Of a DNA stretch of 64,000 bases, positions 54,725 through 64,000 are shown piece after piece. This stretch comes from a virus. Its lineage: Duplodnaviria > Heunggongvirae > Uroviricota > Caudoviricetes. A program made the position numbers and the translations under genes. The stretch spans positions 103,707 to 167,706 of IMG/VR virus record IMGVR_UViG_3300033146_002139; one strand, given 5' to 3'. Under the pieces are notes generated by a model. That model was not told the origin of the DNA. It worked only from the letters and a program-made list of their open reading frames with translations, and did no database searches. Every line of letters begins with the position of its first letter. Within the stretch, counting starts at the first letter, position 1.

Positions 54725-55569
54725 TGAAATTTATAGAAAAGAAAAAAATAAAATCTACTTTTGATATTGATTTTGTAAGTGAGATTAAAAAGCAAAAAGC
54801 AGAAGATAGGATGTATTGCGTTACAAAAAAAGCTGAAGGGCATCAAATATCATCGTATTACAATGGTGATGAGTTTAAATTCGCAGATAAAGACGGTTTT
54901 TCAAAAATGAATAGTATTCCAAAAACTACTTTATCAGAAATAATCGCATTCCATAAGTGGTTATGGGGGTTTTTTCGTGGCAGTGTTGAGGAGTTGGTAT
55001 TACACTCTACAATAAAAGATTCGTCTGTAAATGTGTTTGATATGTCAGTTGACGGCAAATATATTTCTATGCATGGATTTACAAAGGCGATAAGAAGATT
55101 AAACAGTACCAAAGAACATAAGAACATATCCTATACAAAAATTTTTTTGATAGGGATTATTGATGACTGCATAAAATATACAAAACAAGAACCCGGAACA
55201 GATTTTATTGTAAAGCTATATGAAACAGACATTGCTTTAAATAATGGAGAAAGAGTTATACTACAAAGTAAGCAAAACAAGAAAGAGACGGTCAAGAATT
55301 TAACTCCGATGCAAGACTTAACAGCATATAAGATATTTTTATCTATAACGGAAGATAATTTAAAAGCAGTTGTTTCAGGGATAAAAAAAATAAAAACAAA
55401 AAAAGTAACCGCAATATCAAAAGCTTTTGCAAAAAAAGTCATAACAGAATGGAAAGAAAATAACGATATGGGAGAGGATTTTAATATCGTATCTAAAGCA
55501 GTTTCTGAAAAATGCAAGGATTTGGTTAAAAAAAATTATGATGATATTATAGAGGGTATTTTCATATGA
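54724..55569 (+). CDS. hypothetical protein
   Basis: 281 aa. Confidence 0.5.
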   Translation: MKFIEKKKIKSTFDIDFVSEIKKQKAEDRMYCVTKKAEGHQISSYYNGDEFKFADKDGFSKMNSIPKTTLSEIIAFHKWLWGFFRGSVEELVLHSTIKDSSVNVFDMSVDGKYISMHGFTKAIRRLNSTKEHKNISYTKIFLIGIIDDCIKYTKQEPGTDFIVKLYETDIALNNGERVILQSKQNKKETVKNLTPMQDLTAYKIFLSITEDNLKAVVSGIKKIKTKKVTAISKAFAKKVITEWKENNDMGEDFNIVSKAVSEKCKDLVKKNYDDIIEGIFI

Positions 55570-55772
55570 GCCTAGAAAGATTTAAAAAGAAAGTAGACTA
55601 TATATACGACAATAATAAAAGATGGAGGAAAGGGCAAGCTTTATTCAATATCCTTTATATTGAGTATCCTGATTTTGCAGATGAGATAAGGGGTACTATT
55701 TTCGACCCTTTTTATGACAACAATGCTATAGACAAGTGCTATATGAAGATGGAAAAAGATAAAATAATATAA
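55566..55772 (+). CDS. hypothetical protein
   Basis: 68 aa. Confidence 0.45.
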   Translation: MSLERFKKKVDYIYDNNKRWRKGQALFNILYIEYPDFADEIRGTIFDPFYDNNAIDKCYMKMEKDKII

Positions 55773-55781
55773 TAATCATTT

Positions 55782-55860
55782 GGGGATGGATTGGTTTCGA
55801 TTGGATGTAAAGCTTACAAGAGCAAATCTCAAGACAGCGGTTCGAATCCGCTCATCTCCA
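55782..55860 (+). tRNA. 79-nt tRNA-like / tmRNA tRNA-like-domain-like element (perfect acceptor + T-arm, non-canonical D/anticodon region)
   Basis: GGGGATG...AGCGG-TTCGAAT-CCGCT-CATCTCC-A gives a 7-bp acceptor stem and a canonical T-arm. The 5' end GGGGAUGGAUUGGUUUCGAUUGG resembles the tmRNA 5' end GGGGCUGAUUCUGGAUUCGACGGG. I could not find a 5-7-5 anticodon arm. Confidence 0.4.
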
Positions 55861-56097
55861 TCAATAGAGGCGAGAATGAAAGAAAGTGTGTTAATTAAGA
55901 GCAAGCCAAATTACTATGCAATAGAATACAGGAAAGGGACGGTGCTTTTGCAAAGAAAAGTGGTCGAGTGCGGGACAGACCCTGCAATATCAACTGAAGA
56001 AGAGGTTATTTTATATTTATGTAAAAAAATCGAAGAGTTAGAATGTAAAACAGGAGACAAAAAGTGAAGAATATATTTTGTTCAAAAAAGGAAATGT

Positions 56098-56589
56098 TTG
56101 ATGATAGAAATCATAGAAATCATAGATGAATTAGGCAAAAAAGAACAAGCAAGGATAACAATCGATGAAAGCGTAAAACAATACATGTCTCTTCCATATA
56201 CTACAATGACAATCCCAGAAGATGATGGGTCTATTTTTATCAAAATAAAAGAATTACCTGGATGTATGAGTGTTGGTAAAGACATTTCTGATGCATACGA
56301 GATGATTAAAGAAGCTATGGAAGGATGGCTTGAGGCCGCAATGATATCGGGATATGAAATTTTATTACCAGATGGAGTGAGTCCGGGAGACAAAAATAAA
56401 GATACATATGTGTACCAACTTGTATACACCGACTCTCCAAGAACAGGATGGGCAGTACTTAGCGTACACAGTACAATTTCAGGAGCATATAAGGCTTTAA
56501 ACGAAAGTAAGCTAGAAACTTACAATAGTCAAGGCATAATACATGAGGATGAAGATTGGATTGTAAAAAGAGTAAAACTTGAGGATTAG
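56098..56589 (+). CDS. hypothetical protein
   Basis: 163 aa. Confidence 0.5.
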   Translation: MMIEIIEIIDELGKKEQARITIDESVKQYMSLPYTTMTIPEDDGSIFIKIKELPGCMSVGKDISDAYEMIKEAMEGWLEAAMISGYEILLPDGVSPGDKNKDTYVYQLVYTDSPRTGWAVLSVHSTISGAYKALNESKLETYNSQGIIHEDEDWIVKRVKLED

Positions 56590-56591
56590 CA

Positions 56592-57146
56592 ATGAGACAT
56601 ACAACAGCGAAAACGAGGGTAATTAGAGAAGGAGAGTCTTGCGGATACAGCGGATGTTTGTTTCACGCGGCAGAACCCTGCAAGGGATGCGGAAGGATTG
56701 AAGGGAAAGGAAATATAAGACTGGCAGAAGAAACAGTAAGAGAAATAGAAAACTCTGTTAGCTACACAGCCTTTGACATGTTTATAGATTTTTTAAGAGC
56801 TTCTGAGGATAAAGGTATATACAGAGACAAGAATGGAGTTACAGTAAAAGACTATAATAATTCCGTTGCGACAAAACTATTGTTTTATTACTCTACCGAG
56901 AGCTATGTGGATATTCCATATATAGGAAAAGAGAAAAAACATGCTGCAGACTTTGCAAATTGGGTAGCTCTACAACAAAAAGTCGATATAATAACAAATT
57001 TAGAAGATAAATACTGCATCAATAGAGATACTATAAAAGGTTATACAACCTATGAGTTGTATGATGAATGGCAAAGACAACTAAAAGCGGGTTTATTGGA
57101 GGAAGATGGTAGTAGAGTGGACAAGAGCATTAGAAAAAAGCCCTGA
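56592..57146 (+). CDS. hypothetical protein (N-terminal Cys cluster)
   Basis: CGYSGCLFHAAEPCKGCG. Confidence 0.5.
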   Translation: MRHTTAKTRVIREGESCGYSGCLFHAAEPCKGCGRIEGKGNIRLAEETVREIENSVSYTAFDMFIDFLRASEDKGIYRDKNGVTVKDYNNSVATKLLFYYSTESYVDIPYIGKEKKHAADFANWVALQQKVDIITNLEDKYCINRDTIKGYTTYELYDEWQRQLKAGLLEEDGSRVDKSIRKKP

Positions 57147-57369
57147 ATATAATAAAGGCTTGTTGTATTGGTTTAAGTATACCGGATTTGGGATTGGACA
57201 TTGTAAACCAAGCGAAGTGATAGATGGATTAACTCTTGATTGCTTTGTCGGGGAGGGAGGTTTTCTTTGAGATGAGGATTTGTACTGGACGTACATTACA
57301 AAAGAAATAGAAGAGTACATGACTAAGACAAATAAATGGCCCGAAAAGCCAAAACCAGAGGAATAATAA

Positions 57370-57831
57370 ATGCTTAATATAAAGATGGAATATGTTGACC
57401 TACCAATCAGACACACAACAGCACAATCATCAGAAGCGGAGCTTAAAGTTGTTGTAAAAGGTAAGATAGAATATGTAAAAGACTTCGAAGACAAGCTTGA
57501 TGATTTTATAAAAAATTACAGTAAAAGTACACACGGAAAAGAGGATGCTCCTCAAAGAGAAGGACGAAGTGTACATTTACCAAAAGATACGGAAAAATAT
57601 ACAACAGAAGAACTAAAAGACTGGACAGAGGAATGGGAAGAAGGTTTGTACAATAGAGAATATGAATGTCTCCCAAGTGGTATGCAAGATATTTTATATG
57701 AATATTTTGATAATGGGGGAACTGCTTCTGAATATAATAAAACACTAGAGCTTGATATTCGTGAAGATAACCAAAACAGTGTCAAAAAATTAGTAGTAGC
57801 ACTTTATGAGGAATATTGCGAAGGCGAATAA
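57370..57831 (+). CDS. hypothetical protein
   Basis: 153 aa. Confidence 0.5.
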   Translation: MLNIKMEYVDLPIRHTTAQSSEAELKVVVKGKIEYVKDFEDKLDDFIKNYSKSTHGKEDAPQREGRSVHLPKDTEKYTTEELKDWTEEWEEGLYNREYECLPSGMQDILYEYFDNGGTASEYNKTLELDIREDNQNSVKKLVVALYEEYCEGE

Positions 57832-57846
57832 CAAAAAGGGGAAGGA

Positions 57847-58266
57847 ATGAATGAACTAATAAAGAAAGTAGAACAATGGGGAGCCGAAAAAGGATTTGTA
57901 AAGTTTGAGAATAGATTCCAACAATTAGCAAAAGTAATGGAAGAATTAGGAGAGTTGTCTTCAGCAATAATAAGAGAAGATGGAGAGTTGATTGACGATG
58001 GGATTGGAGATGTTTTTGTAACAGTAATATTATTAGCAAATATGCTCGGGAGAGACCCTAAAGAATGCTTACAAATAGCATATGATGAGATAAAAGATAG
58101 AAAGGGAGTTGTAAAGGAAGGATTGTTTATAAAAGAGTTCGATGGACCTACAGTCTTTGGACCTCCAAGTATGCTAACGGAAGAGCCTTGTTTGTTTGAT
58201 AATGTAGATGATGGAGTTGCAATGGGGTTGGTTTGTACTTGTTCTAAATGCAGTCCAAGATGTTAA
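57847..58266 (+). CDS. MazG-like nucleoside triphosphate pyrophosphohydrolase
   Basis: MEELGELSSAI...DGIGDVFVTVILLANMLG (the EExGE...E..D all-alpha NTP-PPase motifs). Confidence 0.7.
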   Translation: MNELIKKVEQWGAEKGFVKFENRFQQLAKVMEELGELSSAIIREDGELIDDGIGDVFVTVILLANMLGRDPKECLQIAYDEIKDRKGVVKEGLFIKEFDGPTVFGPPSMLTEEPCLFDNVDDGVAMGLVCTCSKCSPRC

Positions 58267-58380
58267 TATACGGTTAGAACGCCGGAGATAGGTAGCCCTT
58301 CTTTGCTTCAAAGACTGCCTATCTTTATAATTTATAAAGAAATGATAATGTTTATATAAATAAAGCATAAGGCAGACTCC

Positions 58381-58623
58381 ATGATTAGTAAGAAAAAATT
58401 AAGAGATAAATACGGAGATGGCAAATACTCAGGGAATAATTTTAATCCGAATTATGTTATTTGGCTAGAAAATTTATTATTAGAAAAGATAGCTGATTGC
58501 AAGGAAATAAGTATAGTCGCTAAAAAACTAAGAACGGCAGAATACGAGTCAGTCTTATCAGTAGATAAAGATATAGAAATTATTATCGAAAAATGTAAAA
58601 CAAGAGTTATCGACGAGGAATAA
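58381..58623 (+). CDS. hypothetical protein
   Basis: 80 aa. Confidence 0.45.
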   Translation: MISKKKLRDKYGDGKYSGNNFNPNYVIWLENLLLEKIADCKEISIVAKKLRTAEYESVLSVDKDIEIIIEKCKTRVIDEE

Positions 58624-58839
58624 ATGAGTATAAAAAAATTAAAAGAATATACAGAAAAAATGCTTTTAGATGCAGAGCTTTCTGACATAGACAAAGAATT
58701 ACTGCTACGCAGATGGATTGATAAAACTGAGGAGTCGGTGATGAGCACGGTAATGCACAGCTCAGAATTATTTGAAAGCACAAAGTATATTTCATATATG
58801 AGATTAGAATGTGACAAGCTAGCCAACAAAACAAATTGA
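58624..58839 (+). CDS. hypothetical protein
   Basis: 71 aa, ATGA-coupled. Confidence 0.45.
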   Translation: MSIKKLKEYTEKMLLDAELSDIDKELLLRRWIDKTEESVMSTVMHSSELFESTKYISYMRLECDKLANKTN

Positions 58840-58860
58840 ACAATACCGATAAGGATAATA

Positions 58861-59187
58861 ATGGACAAGACGACAACAAAAAGATTTAATTCAGATGTTA
58901 AGATATATGTTAATGACGAGCCGATTTATGCGAATATAAAAGATTTTGTAAAAGGAAATGATAAGACTATCATAATGAATAATACTGGGATGGAGGATGT
59001 AAACGGTACACCTATTTTTGATATGGATGGGTTAGACGCGAAGTCTAAATTTGGCGAGGAGAAGAAAAACGGAAAGTACATTGTCTATTATTCTTCTTAT
59101 AAAGGAATGTATAGAGTCAAAAACAATATTACAGATATGTCTCTATATTATTTGATGGGAGCGTTTGAGGTTTCTGTCGTAGTGTAG
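58861..59187 (+). CDS. hypothetical protein (last gene of the rightward block)
   Basis: 108 aa. Confidence 0.45.
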   Translation: MDKTTTKRFNSDVKIYVNDEPIYANIKDFVKGNDKTIIMNNTGMEDVNGTPIFDMDGLDAKSKFGEEKKNGKYIVYYSSYKGMYRVKNNITDMSLYYLMGAFEVSVVV

Positions 59188-59271
59188 TAAACAGCTTAAA
59201 CAAGGCACTTACTTAAAGTTAATACGATATTGTACTAACTTATGTTTAAATACCTTAAAATCGCTGTTTGT

Positions 59272-59490
59272 TTATCTTGCAATCTTTTTGCATATTGTTT
59301 TCAATAATATTTCAGCTTCGCACCATTGTACGGCTTTTTCTTTATTGTTAAAGCTTAATGGCTTATCTTCGGTAGAAACAAGATATGTTCCTATTTTCCC
59401 CTCATACAAATACTGCGGAGGTTTTAGGTAGAACCAACACTCGATAAACCATTTCTCATCTATTTTTATTGGAGTGTATTTATCTTTCAT
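59272..59490 (-). CDS. hypothetical protein
   Basis: 72 aa. Confidence 0.45.
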   Translation of the reverse strand: MKDKYTPIKIDEKWFIECWFYLKPPQYLYEGKIGTYLVSTEDKPLSFNNKEKAVQWCEAEILLKTICKKIAR

Positions 59491-59850
59491 TCATTCTCCT
59501 TGATTTTCTTTAATCATGTAAATCCCATAATTTCGCCCCCTTTTTCTAAAAGAAAATTTCCCTTTTATTTTGCCGCCTTTTTTTATACCTTTGTTTTTTA
59601 TTATATCAAACAAATCAATAATAAACATTTCGTAGTGAGTAGGAGTTTTAAGCATATCGGAACGGAAATTAGCCTTTACACTACTTCTTCCTCGTGATAA
59701 TCCAGTAAGGACAATTGTGTCGTCGAATATAAAATTATCTACAGAGTGTTCTCCAGCACCTAAAAATCCATCATAAATGACTTCGTCTATTTTTGTTGTT
59801 CTGTTTGTGAACTCATCTTTAGGTACTTTCATTTTTCTAAAATATTTCAT
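59491..59850 (-). CDS. hypothetical protein
   Basis: 119 aa. Confidence 0.45.
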   Translation of the reverse strand: MKYFRKMKVPKDEFTNRTTKIDEVIYDGFLGAGEHSVDNFIFDDTIVLTGLSRGRSSVKANFRSDMLKTPTHYEMFIIDLFDIIKNKGIKKGGKIKGKFSFRKRGRNYGIYMIKENQGE

Positions 59851-60143
59851 TATACCTCCAGTTTTACCGTGTTGACTGTTTCTTCTAATTTTTTAATAAT
59901 ACCGCACAATAAAGATGTTTCCTTGTTATGTTCTCCGGAATTAATACCGTATTTATCGTAAACCTCTTGACACTCTCCAACTGTTAATACTATTATATCA
60001 TTTCCAAATAAATCTTTATCTTTTATTTTACTTTCTTTGTTAAAAGAATCGTAAATCTTATCTATTTTTGACATTATAGCCCTAGGTTTTCCGTAGCTAT
60101 CTTTGTCACTCCGAAATAACTCTTTAGCTTCTTCTCTAGTCAT
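59850..60143 (-). CDS. hypothetical protein
   Basis: 97 aa. Confidence 0.45.
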   Translation of the reverse strand: MTREEAKELFRSDKDSYGKPRAIMSKIDKIYDSFNKESKIKDKDLFGNDIIVLTVGECQEVYDKYGINSGEHNKETSLLCGIIKKLEETVNTVKLEV

Positions 60144-60492
60144 TAATCACTCCTCTTGTTTTTATCTCATTTATCATCATGGAAATAACAGAAAGTAAGA
60201 ATACATATGCTATAACCAAACCGACGATTGTTAGAAGTTTCCACCCATCCTCATCACCACCTTCATAATAAGACCTATTAACGATATCTCCTGTATTACA
60301 TAATGGAGATACAGAAAAAACGTCTCCATCACTATTTACCCCATAAAATTTAGGAGTATGATTTCCATAGTCATCTTCTTTGAATGATTGTATTACCTTG
60401 ACTAATCTTTCTTGTTTAAAATACTCTCCCCTGCCGTCATCAAATGTAGAAAAAAGATAGTGAAGCCCTACTATGACCGTTATGTTAAGCAA
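60136..60492 (-). CDS. hypothetical membrane protein
   Basis: TM LLTIVGLVIAYVFLLSVISMMI. Confidence 0.45.
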   Translation of the reverse strand: MLNITVIVGLHYLFSTFDDGRGEYFKQERLVKVIQSFKEDDYGNHTPKFYGVNSDGDVFSVSPLCNTGDIVNRSYYEGGDEDGWKLLTIVGLVIAYVFLLSVISMMINEIKTRGVIND

Positions 60493-60523
60493 TAAAAAAA
60501 AATATAGCTGTTCTTATCATGTT

Positions 60524-60796
60524 TCACTCCTCTATTCCGGTTATATTATCAGGTGTAAGAAATTTCTCTGGATATCCACACTCAGTACAAGGGAAGCTGA
60601 CATAAATACAATCACTTTTTGAGAAATCGTTTATCATCTTATCTGTTATTTCTACCGAATGAGTCACTTGTTCGTCATCACAATTACTGCAATTATAATG
60701 AATTGTTACTCCATCTAAAATACCTTTTGCTATTAACTTAAAATATTTTTTAAATTCAAATAAAGCCTCTTCTTTAGAGTTTATTTTAATAAACAT
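60524..60796 (-). CDS. hypothetical Cys-containing protein
   Basis: CSNCDDE...CTECGYPE. Confidence 0.4.
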   Translation of the reverse strand: MFIKINSKEEALFEFKKYFKLIAKGILDGVTIHYNCSNCDDEQVTHSVEITDKMINDFSKSDCIYVSFPCTECGYPEKFLTPDNITGIEE

Positions 60797-60812
60797 ATTT
60801 ATTCTCCAATTT

Positions 60813-61019
60813 TTATGTCTCCTGTGGTTGTGAGTAAAAATAATAATCTTCAGGAGAAACTTTCATTCTTCCTGTGCCATTACAACTGCTACACTTAGGG
60901 CTTCCGTTATTATCATAATAACCGCTACCACTACAAGCAGTACAATTAACTTCTTTCCATCCTTTTACATATTTATCGTAATTGACTTTCCTTTCTTCTT
61001 TCCTGGACTTCCAACTCAT
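60813..61019 (-). CDS. small zinc-ribbon protein
   Basis: CTACSGSG...CSSCNGTG. Confidence 0.45.
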   Translation of the reverse strand: MSWKSRKEERKVNYDKYVKGWKEVNCTACSGSGYYDNNGSPKCSSCNGTGRMKVSPEDYYFYSQPQET

Positions 61020-61021
61020 AA

Positions 61022-61375
61022 TTATTCCTTTATTTGTATAATATTTGCATCTGTTATAACAACTTCTAATGATGTTGGGATGTCATATCCTTTATGCTTG
61101 AATACAAAAGCTTTATATTCTGGATGGTTAGTTATATATGTTTTCGCTTCCCAAAAATCCATAAGTTTACGATTAAGGAATTTTATATACTTTTTTGGTA
61201 TTTTAAAAGTATAAAGATTTTCTCCATTGCTACTATAATAATCAATCATTTTCTTATCATCTGAAAAAAAAGCATACACTCCTTCTCCATGTTGTCCTAC
61301 ACAAGAATTAAAATCCCATTTATCTGCAACTTTTTTATGCTGACACCTTTGTAGCCTAATGTATTCGTCATTCAT
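61022..61375 (-). CDS. hypothetical protein
   Basis: 117 aa. Confidence 0.45.
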   Translation of the reverse strand: MNDEYIRLQRCQHKKVADKWDFNSCVGQHGEGVYAFFSDDKKMIDYYSSNGENLYTFKIPKKYIKFLNRKLMDFWEAKTYITNHPEYKAFVFKHKGYDIPTSLEVVITDANIIQIKE

Positions 61376-61377
61376 AA

Positions 61378-62577
61378 TTATCCTTTTATAACCATTAATG
61401 GTGTTAGTTTATGCTCTATACTAACTAAGTCTTTTTGCTCTTCCATTACTATATCTATTGACTTGTAAGCTGAAGGAGCTTCGTCTAAATCATCTACAGT
61501 ATTTATAGAATGTATAATGCCTTGGGAATCAAGAATTTTTTTCTCGGAATCAATATCTAAATCTTCTTTAGCCTTGGTCCTGCTCATCTTTCTTCCAGCT
61601 CCATGACTTGCTGAGTTAAAAGAATCTTTATTTCCTAGACCCTTTACTATATAAGAAGACGTTCCCATTGACCCAGGAATTACACCGATTTCGCCTTTTC
61701 TTGCAGAGATAGCGCCTTTTCTATGCACCATAACATTTTTACCAAAGTGATTCTCAATTCTAGCATAGTTATGTTTTACGTCTATTAACCCAGAAAGGCT
61801 AAAATTGTATTTTTCGCTAAGGATGTTTTTAAAGCTTAGCATTATATTTTTCATCATTAGCAATCTATTTTCTCTTGCATATTCCACACAGTATTCCATT
61901 TCTCTTATATAGGACATTCCTACAGCAGAGTGTATAGGTAAAAATGCAAGGTCTAATTTTGGATTTACTACAGAATAATACTGTTCATTTACCTCTTTCG
62001 CCATTGCGTTGTAAGCCTTAGCAATTTGATAGCCTAAGTTTCGGCTTCCACTATGAATCATCACCCAAATAAAGTTATCTTTATCTTTTTGAATTTCGCA
62101 AAAATGATTCCCAGAGCCGAGGGTTCCTAGAGAATTTATTGCGTTATTATAGTGGTCTTCTAGTACGGGGCAATCTCCTTGAAGAGGAATTGATTCCATA
62201 ATATGTTTTCTTTCAGCATTTTCTAGTTGGTGCCTACTAAACCCTGTCGGTATTACTTTTTCTATCTCTGCCTTTATAAGTAAAAGTTTCTCCTTACTAA
62301 CTTCGTCGGTTTTCCATTTAGTCTTCAGTGCTGCGACTCCACACCCAATATCTACTCCGATTGCGTTTACAATTACTACATCTTCAGTAGCTAACACTCC
62401 TCCAATGGGCATCCCATATCCCTGGTGAACATCGGGCATTAATGCTATATGCTTGAAAGCAAAAGGTAAGTTTGCCAAATTAACTGCTTGGTCAATAGCT
62501 CCTTGTTCAGGATTGTCGCACCAAGACTTAATGTGCAGACGAATTGCATCTCCGCCAATATCATTTATATACAACAT
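61378..62577 (-). CDS. rtcB: RtcB-family RNA ligase (3'-phosphate/5'-OH RNA-splicing ligase)
   Basis: LMPDVHQGYGMPIGGV, GSGNHFCEIQ, HSGSRNLG, NYARIENHFG, PGSMGTSSYIV and SASHGAGRKMSR are all RtcB metal/GMP-site motifs. Confidence 0.8.
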   Translation of the reverse strand: MLYINDIGGDAIRLHIKSWCDNPEQGAIDQAVNLANLPFAFKHIALMPDVHQGYGMPIGGVLATEDVVIVNAIGVDIGCGVAALKTKWKTDEVSKEKLLLIKAEIEKVIPTGFSRHQLENAERKHIMESIPLQGDCPVLEDHYNNAINSLGTLGSGNHFCEIQKDKDNFIWVMIHSGSRNLGYQIAKAYNAMAKEVNEQYYSVVNPKLDLAFLPIHSAVGMSYIREMEYCVEYARENRLLMMKNIMLSFKNILSEKYNFSLSGLIDVKHNYARIENHFGKNVMVHRKGAISARKGEIGVIPGSMGTSSYIVKGLGNKDSFNSASHGAGRKMSRTKAKEDLDIDSEKKILDSQGIIHSINTVDDLDEAPSAYKSIDIVMEEQKDLVSIEHKLTPLMVIKG

Positions 62578-62586
62578 ATATTCTCC

Positions 62587-62853
62587 TTAAAAATCTTTTC
62601 CAGACTTAACACCGTCTAAATTATCGTTTATGTTTACCACAACTTCATCACCACTGGTTGTTATGTACAAAAAATTGCCAAGCTCTTTATTTGTAAGTAT
62701 GAAAACAGAGCTTTCACCGCTTTTCCAATCAACATAAGCTATACTGTAGCCTGGGTATTTTGCCAAGTATCTTTTTTTGTATTCTTCTTTTGTTGTACAA
62801 GATACTGTTATTGCTAAAAGTATTAGCATTAGAACAATTTTTATATGTCTCAT
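62587..62853 (-). CDS. putative lipoprotein
   Basis: Signal peptide MRHIKIVLMLILLAITVSC with a lipobox-like TVSC. Confidence 0.5.
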   Translation of the reverse strand: MRHIKIVLMLILLAITVSCTTKEEYKKRYLAKYPGYSIAYVDWKSGESSVFILTNKELGNFLYITTSGDEVVVNINDNLDGVKSGKDF

Positions 62854-62887
62854 TGTAATTCCTTTTTTATATTATTTTTAGGGCAGT

Positions 62888-63298
62888 CTATTTTAATCGG
62901 TTTATTATTGCAATTTTTGTTTCATCTGCATTTTCGATTACTTTTAGTCTTATAGATTTTGCTTTAAATTTCCTTTGTTGTAAGAAATGTAGGTCTTTAA
63001 AGTTAAGTCCGTTATACTCAGGGAGCTGTGTTAATCCTGTCAGTTCAAGTCTCCCATTTATAAAGTTACTTACCGATAAAAGGAAATCTCGACAAGACCA
63101 GTATAAGAATTTAGTTTTATAGTCTTTCTCTCTCCTAGAGACTATTACCTCTGGCAATGGAGCTCCTATTAAAATAGCTTCAATTTTCTGAGAAGATTGC
63201 CATTCACTAAATGCAGTATGCGTATTACTTAGGTCTTCGGCAAGTTCTTGTAGCGACATTTCTCTTGTATCGTATATGATACTACCATGCTTGTCCAT
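62888..63298 (-). CDS. hypothetical protein
   Basis: 136 aa. Confidence 0.45.
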   Translation of the reverse strand: MDKHGSIIYDTREMSLQELAEDLSNTHTAFSEWQSSQKIEAILIGAPLPEVIVSRREKDYKTKFLYWSCRDFLLSVSNFINGRLELTGLTQLPEYNGLNFKDLHFLQQRKFKAKSIRLKVIENADETKIAIINRLK

Positions 63299-63560
63299 AA
63301 GGCTCCCATTTTGTTCTGTGTTTAAGTCTTTTTGCTACAAAAATAAAAGCCTCACTGAAGCCTTGCCATAGGTCATCATATGTTTTTGCAATTTTCTTGT
63401 TCTTTACATGACCGGTTATCCATCCACCTTTATCTCTAACGGTGTGAAAGTAGTCTTCTCCATAAATAAACCCTTTATTCTTCATTCCGATATTAAAATC
63501 TTCTACAAGAAAGTTTAATCCATTATGAAGCAGTTTGCTGTATTTCATGTTGTTATTCAT
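63282..63560 (-). CDS. hypothetical protein
   Basis: 92 aa. Confidence 0.45.
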   Translation of the reverse strand: MNNNMKYSKLLHNGLNFLVEDFNIGMKNKGFIYGEDYFHTVRDKGGWITGHVKNKKIAKTYDDLWQGFSEAFIFVAKRLKHRTKWEPYGQAW

Positions 63561-63569
63561 TAAACCTCC

Positions 63570-63830
63570 TTAACTATTGGATTTTTTAAAAACTACACTG
63601 CATCTGTCTTTTCTTTCTAATGTTGCTCCATTTGAGAGTACAATCGACTGTTCCATACAACGATGGTTATGTATTGTTAGGTCAGTATATATATCATTGC
63701 ATTCATATCTCCAATCGCAGTGCTTACAATAATTTCCTAGTTGAGCATTATTAGTTGCTATATTCGTATAGTCTGATTTTAGTTTTGCATAAAATCCTTC
63801 AGGAGCTTCTTTTGGGTCGAGTATTTTCAT
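63570..63830 (-). CDS. hypothetical Cys/His-containing protein
   Basis: CKHCDWRYEC...HNHRC. Confidence 0.45.
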   Translation of the reverse strand: MKILDPKEAPEGFYAKLKSDYTNIATNNAQLGNYCKHCDWRYECNDIYTDLTIHNHRCMEQSIVLSNGATLERKDRCSVVFKKSNS

Positions 63831-63855
63831 ATTAGTCCTTTATAGGTAAATAACA

Positions 63856-64000
63856 CTATTGGTTGTCTTGTTTGTTATCCCAATTGATAAATTCTACTAC
63901 AGCTTTGTAGGTTGCAACGATAAGTTTATCATTATGAGCACTAATATATTTTCTATTTCTCCAATAACTACATTCTATCGTTACCCACGCTGTGCCTTGA
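63856..64000 (-). CDS. hypothetical protein, C-terminal fragment (gene starts beyond window end)
   Basis: My reverse-complement read is ...QGTAWVTIECSYWRNRKYISAHNDKLIVATYKAVVEFINWDNKQDNQ*, with stop TAG at 63856-63858. Confidence 0.35.
   Translation of the reverse strand, partial: QGTAWVTIECSYWRNRKYISAHNDKLIVATYKAVVEFINWDNKQDNQ

Noticed and set aside
55780-56067. 95-aa ORF (MGMDWFRLDVKLTRANLK...) from the track
   Set aside because: It starts exactly at the GGGGATG acceptor stem of the tRNA-like element and has no convincing RBS. It is more likely spurious than protein-coding.
59188-59271. Rho-independent terminator at the convergent junction of the plus and minus blocks
   Set aside because: There are only weak, long-range inverted repeats (AAACAGC...GCTGTTT about 70 nt apart) and no compact GC-rich stem with a U-tract. 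I did not call it.

Overview
This is an AT-rich window (roughly 30% GC by eye) that reads like the replication and accessory region of a large phage or phage-like element from a low-GC host. Codon usage is AAA/AGA/ATA-rich, RBSs are of the AGGAG/GGAG type, and many gene pairs overlap as ATGA or TAATG. Transcription falls into three blocks: minus-strand genes from 1 to 27572, a divergent promoter region at 27573-27879, a plus-strand block at 27880-59187, and a minus-strand block at 59272-64000. I see no terminase, capsid or tail genes, no integrase and no CRISPR array.

What I can recognise:
- Replication and recombination: DnaG-type primase; a DnaB-like helicase whose Walker A is split by a class-3 (WCT, Ala1) intein carrying a LAGLIDADG homing endonuclease; SSB; an ATP-dependent ligase; a Rad52-like annealing protein with a PD-(D/E)XK exonuclease; a putative initiator with internal iterons; a small RecA-like ATPase.
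- DNA modification and nucleotide metabolism: Dam and Dcm methyltransferases; a guanylate-kinase-like protein; MazG; a thioredoxin-like protein; a metallophosphoesterase.
- Cell wall: an amidase_2 endolysin and an SLT lytic transglycosylase.
- An NAD+/ADP-ribose enzyme set: a WGR-PARP-like ADP-ribosyltransferase with an H-Y-E triad, a nicotinamidase-like isochorismatase, and a Nudix hydrolase.
- RNA-repair enzymes: an RtcB ligase and a Thg1-like 3'-5' nucleotidyltransferase, plus two tRNA-like elements.
- A heavy load of OMEGA-type RNA-guided nuclease genes: one IscB with a 210-bp structured upstream region (candidate omega-RNA) and four TnpB paralogues. Three TnpBs are translationally coupled to a conserved 42-44-aa ribbon-helix-helix (MobC-like) mini-gene with its own TTGACA-17-TATATT promoter. 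One is preceded by a MerR-HTH ORF that lacks a recombinase domain. One TnpB appears to have lost its RuvC-II glutamate and its zinc finger. A fourth RHH copy is frameshifted.

About half of the remaining ORFs are small proteins I cannot assign.
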